NCBI GenBank assembly: GCA_001179505.1
Contig: CDMY01000376.1
Location: forward strand, 310,001-374,000
Source of the DNA: Vitrella brassicaformis CCMP3155
Lineage: Eukaryota; Protista; Chromerida
Length of the DNA stretch: 64,000 nucleotides
Direction of reading: 5' to 3'
The position numbers and the translations under genes were made by a program. The notes under the pieces were generated by a model. It saw only the letters and a list, made by a program, of their open reading frames with translations. It searched no databases and was not told where the DNA came from. Shown one piece after another: positions 38,661 through 49,979 of this stretch (its first letter is position 1; each line of letters begins with the position of its first letter).

Positions 38661-39765
38661 ATACGTGAGCTCTGTCCGCATCAATCAAGCTCCGTGAAGA
38701 AATGAGTGTGTGTGTCTATGTGGGTGGCTGCCGTGCCATGTGTGGGTGCATTTGCGAGACGATAGATAGAGGGACGGAGGGAGGGAGGGATTGAGGGAGG
38801 GACAATCTCACGTAGGCTTGCATGGGTGACGCGATGCCTAGACTTGATAATTGAGCACCCATCAATCTGTATGCATGATATCCATTCATTGATTGCATCG
38901 ATCACTCATGTGTGCGTGTGCGTGTGTGTGTCGCGTGTCTCTCATCACTCCCGCACTCACTGTCCCTGCACGTCAGTCGTACCTGACGTGAGTGCGTGCC
39001 TGGACGCACTCACGTCGCTCTCACTTGAAACCACACACACATATACAAGCGTACTCACTCCCCCAAGGCCCCTCCCTCCCTTGGTATAGAAAGACAAGGG
39101 AAACCAGTCGAGTCATCTCATGTCATGTCAGTGCACCCCCTCACGCATCCACGCACAAGTGCCTCTCCCCCACAGCACAATACACGCCATCGGTCGGCCG
39201 AGGCTCGAGAAGTGTATGTCTTTTTGTGGCTGGCGTCTGCATGTGGTCAAAAGTGAGTGGATAGACAGACGCACTGGTGCACACTGAGTGTATGTCAAAT
39301 GGATGGATGGATGGATGTGTGTGTGTGTATACGGACGCGGCGCCAACACTGCACAAATACAATTCCAGCCACCTCCCTCACTCCCTCCCCCACCCACCCG
39401 CCCTCCAGAAAGTCCATTTCTCCCTTTCCCTGTCCTGTTCAGTCTGCCTCCCTCCGATATGTGCGTGTCGTGTGCGCCTGTTACACACAGGGCCTACTCA
39501 ACATGGCACAAATACGATAGACCACCACAACTTCTTCTTCTTTTCCTTAGCAATTCTCTACTTCCTGGCTGACCGCTCTATCGTACTTGTCACTTTATCC
39601 ACGCGTATCGCCCAATTGCTATCTATCTATCGCCCCGCTCACGACCCCAACTTACTTACTCGTAGTACTGGCAAGGCGCGGCAGCCCGCAAATCTGACAC
39701 CCACATGTGCACAGCACACAGATGGAGACGTCTCCTCCCCTGTCTAATGTCTCCATCTGTGCTCA

Positions 39766-41655
39766 TCATGTATGAGCCCACGTACCGTCCTCCGACGTCA
39801 GCCGTTCCAGAGACTCTATCATGGCAAGGTAGTCCTCGTTCTTCCACTCACTGGCAGTGCTGCCCCGCGACGGGCTGGGCGGATCCCGCAGGTCCCCCAG
39901 CAGATCCGACGTTTCAGTGAAGTCCCTCTCCTGCGGCGGGAAGGGGGAGGTCGGCATGCGGCACGGACTACTGCCCATGCTCTGCTGCTGCGGCGACCGC
40001 ACCGGCGGCACCCACATGAAGGGGCTCGACGAAGGGGACGGCCCGGTCTCTAGGATGGGGAACAGCGGGATGACCACATTGCCGTCGGGTGGCCGCACCA
40101 GTGTCTCCTGCAGGGACGGGTCGGCGATGTCGTCGTCTGCCTCGCGTGAGACGGAGGCGGGGGTGGCCCCCTCCTCTTCTTCCTTTGTCGTCGTTGTCCC
40201 CTCCTCGGCCGCAGGTGCCGGGGCGTCTCGTGCCTTGCTGCGGCGGTTGATTGGAGGGATGTCAATCGTCAGAGTGTCGCTCGTGTTGCGGCGCTTGGGC
40301 CGCCCACTGTCGCGCTGGCCGCCCCGCTGCTCTCCTTCTCGCGCTTGCGGCTCGTGCGATTCGGGGCCATCATCTAAGACGCTGTCAGGGAGCCATCTGT
40401 TGTCAAGGAGCCGAAACAGATGATCATCGGTGTCCTCCTGCTGCTGCTGCTCTTCTGTTTGGCCCTGCTGCTGAAAATGCTGCTGCGCTTGGCCTTCTGG
40501 TGGTGTCTGGGGGTCGGTTCCCGCCTCGTCCTCCTCCTCCTCCTCCTGCTGCTGTTGTTGTTGTCGTAGCTCGTGTCTCGGGACTCTGGTGTCTTTGGAG
40601 ATTCTCCCCTTGGGCATGCCTGCAGTGCGGGGCTTCAACTCAGTCGACCCGTGGGCGTACCGACACTTGTCGCCCAGCGTGCATGTACCTAGGTGGAGGG
40701 AGAAAGAGAGAAGGCGTATGGATCAGGCGCTCAATGCAAGGGCGTGGCGTCGTTCTGTCCATGGCCGACTGACTGACCTTTGAGCCACTTCTGGCATATG
40801 GCGGTGTTGGCGAAGTACGGCGTAGCCCTCAGCTCCTCGCGGGAATGGGCGTAGCGACATGAAGGGAGACGGCACTCACGACCCTACACATACAGCAGAG
40901 CACAGACAGTGCAGCATGCATGCATGTGTGTCATCTCATCTGTGCTTTCTGCCACCTTCTTGACTTGTGGACACATGGCGGTTTTATCCAAGTTGATGGA
41001 TGGCCGCAGCTCATCGGGTGTGTGAGCGAAGCAGCACTGCTCCGGACAGTCCTGCCACGCCACGCATGGACACGACACAGTGAAGGGCATGCCATTGGAT
41101 GGTTGAGCTCAGAGGGCTGCAGGCAGGCAGGTGTCTTGCTCCACTCACCGAGTAGCGACAGTTGGGCATGAAGGGACACATGCTGGACACACGGAGACAC
41201 CAGAGGACCAGTGAATGTCTGGCACATGCCTTTCGTCATATCCCTCCTGCGCACCTTGTCTTGATGAACTGGCGCTTGAAGCGCTGATTGAACCGGTGGT
41301 TGGAGTCACTCACCTTCTTCCTTGTCCCTGGGCCCGGATTCGCCATGCTGCTGCCAGTGACCCCCGAACGAGTATCCGCCCCTCGTGAAGCCCCAATTGC
41401 CGCCCCGGGACGAGTCGTCCTGTCCTCTGGGGTGGTGGGGGAGAAAGAGGAGGTCACCGGCCTCGGATGCAGCTCATGGATCTCTCGAAGGTACCTCGCG
41501 TCTGGGAGGATGAGAGGAACGTACGGACGCGAGTACATGTGGTGGGTCTTCACCCTCACTTCCCATAAGACCACTGGCAGATCGCCCTCCTTCTCGAGAC
41601 TGCGCGCTGTGCCCCCAGGCGGCCCCCAGTCTCGAGGCGTCAACAGAGGGAACAT
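39766..41655 (-). CDS. Triple CCCH zinc-finger RNA-binding protein with long disordered C-terminus
   Basis: Spliced fingers: FIKTSMCPFMPNCRYS|DCPEQCCFAHTPDELRP, LDKTAMCPQVKK|GRECRLPSCRYAHSREELRA and FANTAICQKWLKG|TCTLGDKCRYAHGSTEL. This KT.MC...AH...EL pattern is typical of alveolate CCCH proteins. Confidence 0.85.
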
Positions 41656-41879
41656 CACCCCATGGCACGAGTCTCGTTAAGCACAATAACCAACCAACCA
41701 TGGCATTCATGCACGAACAGATCCGGTGAACGCTGTCACCGTGTACATGCACACCCCAGATCTTCGCTCACACAGTGTTTGTCTCTCCCTCTCGCGTCCC
41801 CTTGCCTCTGCTGAGCCGGAGCTGCTGATCAACAGACGGTCCTGCATGCGGACAAAGCGACACACTACCTGCAGGGATC

Positions 41880-44341
41880 ACGATACATCAAACGAAGCCG
41901 TTTTCTGCGTCTGCTTTCTGCACTTGTGACCTGTTGTGTGTGTCTCTTCCGACACCACATACACCCTGCTCCTCTCCCTCTCGTCGCTCCGCGTCCGTCT
42001 GACGGATGCCGCTGTGTCTACTGCTGCACCATGAGAGGGTTGGCAATGGTCAGCACTCGGCTGATCTTTTTCAGTGACTATGGGGATCGCGGATGGGCTG
42101 AGGGGCTCACCAAACAGGGGCTCCCCTCGGGGGTCACTCGGTCGTATGTCTTGGATAGAGGCTGACTGAGTGACAGACACAGCAAAGCAGGACTGTCCCG
42201 CCTGCATCGATGTACCTGTATGTGTGTACATGTCTCGTGGATGGGATGCATACCGGTGCGTCATTGCTTGTCGCAGCTGCAATGTCGGCGGCCGCGGCCG
42301 CTGAGGACTCTTTCTCCTGTTCTTTCGGACTCACAGGGGGCATGGTAAGGTTGCTACGGAGGAACAGTAGCGAGCCACTAGTACTACCTTTGCTGCCATC
42401 GGTCTCCCTGCCATTATCAAACTCTCCCTGGGCATCAAAGAAGGACTCATTCGGGAGCTGGTTGGCGATGACAACGGACAGGACGCTCGACATCATTATC
42501 GGCAAAATAAGGCCGTGCTCGCCTGCTCACATAGACACAGAAACAGAGACAAGGACAAAGACACCATGTGTGGAGACATAAGACAAGGATGAGATGTCCG
42601 TTTGTTGTGTGTGTCTCACGCACGGGTCATCTCATAGATCAGGAGGATGGCTGTTATTGGGCATCTGAACACGGCCCCAAAGAGGCTGGCCATGCCGGTG
42701 ACTGTCCCGGCCAGACGAATCTGTCGAATAGTCAGAGAGGCGCCAGGAAGCTGGTAGTCTCGCTCCCAGTCGTGTTGGACACCCGCCGCTTTGAAAATGA
42801 AGAGATGCAAGGCAGCCATAAGGTTCCCATAGAGGGCACCAAGGGTCAGGACAGGAGAAAACAGACCGCCGCAGCCACCTGCAAATGAGACAGGCAGGTG
42901 AGGGGACGCCTGGATCGGTGTCTCGTGTATGTGTTTATCTGACTGACCTGCGGCGAAGGCAGCTGTGATTGCGATGGACTTGCCGATAAAGAGGACAACA
43001 ACGGGCCATGTCTCTGTCTCCCACTTGCCCTCCAGCAGATCTCGCACAAACCATTCACCCGTACCCCATACTGAACACAGACACGCATATAACACGGTAC
43101 AGCTCAGCTCAGCCGGCCACTTACCAAAGGCATGCCCCGTCACTGCGAAGGTGACGGCTCCCACCACTCCTGTCACCCCGCCTGCCGCCGCCATGGCCAC
43201 CCCTGATGGCAGCCTCGACACGCGCCGCCGCACTTTGTGGGCCACTGTAACGAAGAGGCGGCCGAGAAGCCCACCGAGAAGGCCAATTGGGATCGACAAA
43301 GCCATCCACCCCCCCGTCTGCCAGGGGGAATCATGCTCAAGACCGTCTCGATGCACTGATATGAGAAGAAAGCGGACGCGTCGCTAGCGTGTGTAAATGG
43401 CGACATGTATCTACCAAAGAAGCCGCTGGAATCATGGCTGAGGGTACGGATGATCACCGTGGCGGTCGTAGAGGCGATGAGGACGAGAAGGCTCGACCGA
43501 GCCTTGAGGCGGCGGCGGCTGAAACGGTGATGCATGAGCCCTCAACGCCTGAAAGACAATGTCCTTGCAGATAAGCGCGTCATCAGACGCTTCGCGTACC
43601 CAGACTGTTGCCAAAGCCAAGGAAAAGCCAGGTCGTGATGATTCTCAACACGGCATGCGAAAACGGGATTGCTTGGCTCTGTTGCAGGTATGTGCGGCAG
43701 ACTTGTATGCCACTGTCCTTCAACAAGCCCGGACCCCATTTGTCGACTAGAAAACCAGTGACTCCCCCGGAGAGGCCGGGCAAGAGAATGGCAACCACAT
43801 AAAAGAAAGGCCGGGCGTCGCCCTTGTTCCATGCACATAGCGGACTCCAGACGGCAGCAAAAGTCCACTCGACGCCGAGACGAAAGTACAGTACAGCAGC
43901 TCCGCACACAGCACCCACGAAGGCAAACGACAAGCTGAGCAGCAGCAGAAACCGGACACTCACGACCGCTTCCGCTTCCCCTTCTTCTGGGACGCCCTCT
44001 TGTTCGTCTGGTTTCACCGCAGGCTCACCAGCCATTTCTTCGTTCTGCACGGTCTTTTGTGAGACCGCAATGCGAGAATCACGCCGGCTCCTGGTGTCGC
44101 CATCCGGCGTAACAATCAAGAAGCGCAGCTGGTCCCAGCTCCTCACGTCACCCAGCGTCCTCAGCCTCGTCTTTGAGGGCTTCCCAGATAGCCGCCCGTC
44201 GCTCAAGATAGAGAGCATAGATCCCCGACCACTCGTCCGCCGCGATATTGGGCTGCTGCCGGGGATCGGGTTCTTCTGGCTGGTGATGACAACGCTGTGG
44301 ATGCGTCCGCCGGGAGAGAGGGGAAGGAGAGGGTTTTGCAT
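41880..44341 (-). CDS. ClC-family chloride channel/antiporter, apparently with an internal out-of-frame deletion (possible pseudogene or misassembly); 3' end uncertain
   Basis: Motifs KDSGIQV (GSGIP-like), GNSLG|VEGSCITV (GxEGP-like), IPIGLLGGLLGRLF, GCGGLFSPVLTLGALYG (GxFxP), GMASLFGAVFRCPITAILLIYEMT and PIMMSSVLSVVIA. Confidence 0.85.
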
Positions 44342-44401
44342 GGACGCGGAGGGCTCTGCCGCTCATTAAGTGTCAGTGGCTCATCACCAGAAGAGACCGC
44401 T

Positions 44402-46050
44402 ATGCCAAACAGACCAACTCTAAAATGCGCATGCGCTGTGGGCCGAGCGGGGGCCTGCAGTCTCCGAGTCTCTGCTACCGGGGCTGCTGATGGATCCATT
44501 GCCATTCATGATGGACAATTGCATTCGTCTGCTGGTAGTTGCGGCTCTTGTCCGCTACGTAAGAGCCGGCCTTGTAGTGGCGCATTCGCAGGGACCATCC
44601 GATTTCTTCGCAGCTCTCCGAGACAGGATCATGGTGCGCAGGGCCGACAAGCAGACGCCGACACACGTTGTTTCCCCTTTGTGTCATTGCAGATAGCCGA
44701 GACAGATCTGGTTGAGATGCCCAATCCTGTCTGCTCCAGTCGTGATGGCCCATTCTGTCCACCTCTCGCCTCGTCAGCCACCCATCCCCCGCATGCAGTT
44801 CTATCCTCGCCCCGCCATCACGCCGGCGGCCTGCTGTCGCAACCCGACTCACCGGCACATGACTGGATGGAGATGCCAAAACCACACCAGACGGTTGCGA
44901 CCAAGGGCAATGACGTTGCCATGGCCATGTCTCGGCCAGAGGGGTCACTCACTTCTTTCTTTGACTATTTCACGCTTGTTTCCAAGCGGGTGTTTGCCGG
45001 TCAGCGGGACGTGTTGCCTGATGCAGATGTGCTGACGAAGAGGCTGGCAGATGAGGAGAGGATGCGACTGTATGAGCGATACCCTCGTCTCAGGCAGGAC
45101 GATGATAATGAGGACACAGAAGGCGATGAAGACGATGAGATGGACTTCTGGAGCGATGAAGACGATGGTGACGAAGGGGCGACGTATGTGCGGCACTATG
45201 ATCTGCCTTCCCTCTTCCTCAAAGACCGCAACCTGGCGTCACAAATCATCAGAAAGGCAAGCACTTCCGACACGATTGGACGTGGATACATCCCATGCTC
45301 GTGTCTCTCTCTTGTTGGATGCATGCAGGAGAGAATTACTGGAGAGGTGGATTCTCTGGCGTCCATCCGCCATGAGATGGAGGAAAGACCTTTGAATCGC
45401 AAAGTGGTCACGGGACCCGGGCAGAGAGGGAGCAACTACACCTCAGGCCTCCTTACCTTCACCCGAGTGCCCTTTCTGAGCCATAATGTAAGCAATACCA
45501 ACGAACATCCATTTTACTCTGCACATGTATGTGTCTCTTGTGTGTCCATGCAGGTGCCTCCCGGCTATTGCCATGGGCTGCCAGGCACCATCAGGTGTCA
45601 TTGGGATGGTGCGTGGGGCGTGCGGCCGCCTCCCTTCCTCGGCAAGGACGTCACAACCCTGAGGCTTTACTTGATCACAGACGTGCCTCGCCTTGACTTG
45701 ATCACAGACAGGCCTCACCTGAACACGGTATACGCGATTACAGCTGGTTTACGTGCACAATGAATGTGTGTGTGTGTGTGTGTCTGTGTGTATGTGTGCC
45801 TGCACACAGACGGCACAAGTGATGAGCAGTTTCGCCTCCGTCCGGTTCTCGCACCCAATCGTCCTGCAGCGGCTGTGGCTCTTCCGCTACCCGTCAGCCA
45901 GTCTATCCAGCCACCCATACCCACGCCCATTAAAACACCTCAAGACGCCTCTCCGCAAGATCGACGCCATGATAAAACAACAACCACAACGACCACATCA
46001 CCAAGCTGTTCACGGCACCGCGGCAACCCATGAGGCGATCCCTGAGACGC
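44402..46050 (+). CDS. Hypothetical protein with acidic tract (multi-exon; may be the 5' part of the next gene)
   Basis: Coding-like ORF 44297-45763 containing in-frame introns, with acidic stretch QDDDNEDTEGDEDDEMDFWSDEDDGDE. No family recognised. Confidence 0.45.
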
Positions 46051-46309
46051 CGCTGCGTGAAGGCAGCCATGGTTTGTCGAATGGCGGTAACTGTGAGGTG
46101 TGGGGAAGGCTAGGCCCCCGAAGATCGGTCTGGGGTGTGGGAATGGACGATTCAGACTGGCACGTAGGTCGGTCAGCACAAACACGCAGGCACAGCTTGA
46201 CTTGACAGGGAAGACGCAACCGCCCGTTATGCCATGTGATGTGTACTGACTGTACATGTGCTGTTCAGTGCGTGAGACGTGGCTGACGGTAGAGCCGCCG
46301 AGCGCCCTC

Positions 46310-48687
46310 GTCCGCGAGGTCATCTTCTGCGGCTGCGAGGGACTCTACGTGGGCGGCCTCGTCGTCTCATCAAATGTCCCCAACACTCCAGTCAATTCAT
46401 CGGCCAAGACTGACACCAGCCCCTCTTTCGTTTCCCAAACCAATTCAGCATCGCTTGTGGGTCTGTCTGCGGGTTTGCCTGTTGACGACGACTCTGTTTA
46501 TGCGATCCCATCCATGTCTCCGACTGAAGGAGGCGAGAGCGTCATGGTAGTGAGACGATCTCCAACAGGCTTCCGCCTGCACGCAATGGAGGCAATCCGG
46601 TCAGTTGGCGGCACGTGTGTGAACCGCTTGGTTGCTCTCTTGTGTGTGTAAGTCTGTTCGTCTGTGAGTCTGTTTGTCTGTGTGTAGTGAGGTGGGTATG
46701 ATCAGTGTTGACGAAGCGCTTGTAGCCAACCTGGTCTTCAGAAACCTCACACAATATGAAATCACACAGGTGAGGGAAAGGGGATGCATGAGATACGAAA
46801 GGGCTGTAAAACAGATTGATTGGCGGCTCTGTCTTCCACGCCATCAGCACGAGTCGGGCTCTGACGGCCAGGTGGTCTCGAGCATTCCTCTCCGCGCACT
46901 TATTGTGGTATGACTGATGCTGCACCAGCTGCCCGGACTGCTGAAATGCGTGTGCGTCTCTGTTTGTTGTCGGTGGCTCGTCAGGCGATCCAGCAGCTTG
47001 TGCAGATGGCTTTGATTGAGCACACCTATTCACTGCCAATCGGCATCCAGCATATTCCATTCCTCACCGAAAGTACACACAATAGAGCAGACAGGGAGAG
47101 AGGAGACACGACATGGATCGTTCCGTGTCCGTTCATTCAGTCCGGCGCATTGTGACTCTTGCCAAGAAGGAGCTCGAGTGGAATTCCACCTCCACCAGCC
47201 CCCTCATCCACACGATCCTCTCATTCCACCACGACGCTTCCCGCCCCTCACCCTTCGCACCAATACCACGGACATCCCATTCAGGCCGCCTTGAAGAAGT
47301 CCATGCCGTATTGCGGCGTCTGAAGCACTTGTGGCGCGACCATCTCGGCAGCAAGGTCAACATGATCGACCTGGGAGTGATGGACCGGGTCTACACCGCC
47401 ATCTGTGACTGGCTAAGTGTGATGTCGGCAGACAGTTCTCCGGCAATCACAATGGCCAACGTCATGAGGCGGGAGGGAGGGGCGGGGAGACACGGCAAGT
47501 GGCGGTGCTCCGAAGGCAGAAGGCACGACGTCATGCAGGCGCTGACGGAGGTCAGAGTGCTGCTAGAAGGCGGGAAAAAGATCCTTCTGAAGACCCCTCA
47601 CTGCACCTACGATGACACAGTGACCGCGGCTCTGGGTCCAGCAGTCGAGGAGAGAGAACCCACGCACTTCTCACTCTCCCCACCGTTTCAGCCGCCGCCT
47701 CTGACATTGGACCTGCTATGGAGCGACCTCTGGAACGCATCTCGGCCCATGATAGAAGATTTGGTCGACCTGGCCGAACCGAGCCTAAGGGACGAACCAC
47801 ATCTAATCGAGCACACTCGCCACGGCAATCACACCCGGACACCGACAGCAAGACAGCAGTGGCGGAAGCTACAGGACGCCCGTGTGGAGCGAGCGCAGAG
47901 CGTCATGGAGAACATCACTGCATGGCTGAATGGAAAGGAGATCGGCGGCCACGGCTATGACGTGCACATGGTGGTGGTGTGCATCGACTGGCTGGAGCGG
48001 CTCTTCGCCGGGGAGCCGGTGAGTGAGCTGCTGCCCCTTCTGCCGTCTCTCCCGCCCCAGCCCCGACCGCGGCCTCCCCGTGTGTTTTCTTCTGCAAAAG
48101 AGAAGAAGGTCCCACGAGTGGATGGGCTGGACGGTCTTGACTTCTTTGGTGTTGATTTTGACGTCATTTTGGGGGACGAAGGCGTAGACGAGGACGACGA
48201 GCTCTCAGAGGAAGAGGATGAATATGAAGAGGTGGAAGACGAAGACTTTGAAGAAGAGGGACAAGACGAAAAAGAGGGTTTGATACGGAGGGAGACCGAT
48301 TTGGTGGGCCGGATCAACTCGATCATGCACCAGCTGTCATCCGTCTCTGAGGCACTGATGCGTGGAGAAGCGGCCCACCAGGGAAGGAGGCAGGAGCTCG
48401 CCGCCCTCCTCCGGCGGCTCAACACGCTGACGCAGTCACTGGAGCGGCTTCACGGCAGAGACACCATGTCGTCGGGAGACGAGGACCTCTCCCGGCGTCA
48501 GTGGCAGGCACACGAGGACCTGTTCAAGGCGGCTGATGTGGTGGACCATCTTGTGTCATTGGTCAACCGATACGCCGATGTGGTGGACCACTCTACCAAA
48601 AGTGAGGAGAGGGCGGCGGCTGTGAGGCCACACGCGGAGGAGAGGAAGAAGGAGAGGGAGAGGGAGAGGGAGAGGGAGGGAGGAGGC

Positions 48688-48720
<33 letters not shown>

Positions 48721-49192
48721 CGGCACCACCATGCGGTGGTAATGCAGTTGCCTGAGGAGGCCAGGGAGGCATTCGAAGAGATTATTCAGGGATTCGCTGG
48801 TACGGGTTTTTCTTTTTGTGTCTCGCAAACACACTCCGCACTATCTGCCTGTGTCTCTGCGTGTGTATGCAGATGTGTCCTCCTCTTCCCCCGAGGCACC
48901 TAAGTCGAAACGCGGCGCCTCTTACCCCTTCCAGCCACCCACAGCCACCACCAGTACCACCACGGTGACCAGCAGCAGCAACAGCGGACCATCCGGCTCT
49001 CGAGGAGACACACAGAAAGAGACCCCACCCCCTCTCCTACCGCATAGGAGGAAGGACAAAGGCGAGAAGAGGAGCATGGTGGAGCAGTTAGCTGACAGGG
49101 ACGCCGGCGAGAGGGAGGGGGAGAGGGAGAGGGCTGACGAGGGGGTGTTCATCGACATAGATGACCTGCTCACGCTGCTGTTCCAGCAGTGA
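46310..49192 (+). CDS. Hypothetical helical/coiled-coil protein with acidic and poly-Q tracts
   Basis: ~1.7 kb exon within ORF 47113-48903, upstream short exons (e.g. VGMISVDEALVANLVFRNLTQYEITQ) and last exon ending EGVFIDIDDLLTLLFQQ*. No family recognised. Confidence 0.55.
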
Positions 49193-49979
49193 GGGGGTGT
49201 GCGCGAATGGGGAGACCCCTATATAGGTCTCTATCGCTGAGAATTGCGTGCGTGTCTTTAGCGAATTGGATGAATTTATGTAAGAGATATGTTGCGAGTG
49301 GCGACAGCACAGCCGCGTCTTGGGCGGCCGTCGGTCGCGTCAACACACATACACATACGCATACACACACTCGCGGACACGCAGACACGGACATGGACCG
49401 GCATTACATAGGAGTATGGAAATGAAATAAACGTACACACGCACCTACCTACCTATATCTGTATATCTGTCTGTCTGTCTCTATCTGCCTGTCGTAGACA
49501 CACCTACTTATTCACATCACACACATGCAATGCACACGTGTTGTGTATGGGGTGGGGTGGGGTAGCTGCCTGTGCTATCAACAAATAAATACATAACATA
49601 GTAGTACTAGGGAGGAGAACGCGAAAGGAAAGCCAGCTGTGTCATGTCGGCCTGTCAAACTTCGCACACACGTGGGGTGGGTGTGCTGCGGTGCGGTGGG
49701 GAGTGGAGCCGGGACGATACACACACACACACACGCCGATAAAGAAACCGAGACGTGCAATGCCTAGCTAGAGACAGACAGGACACACACAAAATGACAT
49801 ACACCTTCACCACACCACACCACAGATGCAAACCTCTCTCCACATCTTCCTTCACAGACCTCCTCACTCACTCACTCACTCTATTAACAAACACCACACC
49901 TGCCGACACTGACTGATGGTATGGTATCTGGTGGCCACTACACCCTACGGCACTGATTCCCTTGTTCCTTCCACTTGGC

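Noticed and set aside
6566-41655. Chromodomain protein, SART3-like copies, NOL9, CWC22, Dicer and CCCH protein as a co-located RNAi/heterochromatin or RNA-processing cluster
   Set aside because: The genes are spread over 35 kb, interleaved with unrelated genes, and RNA-processing genes are common. There is no Argonaute or RdRP in the window and no evidence of co-regulation.
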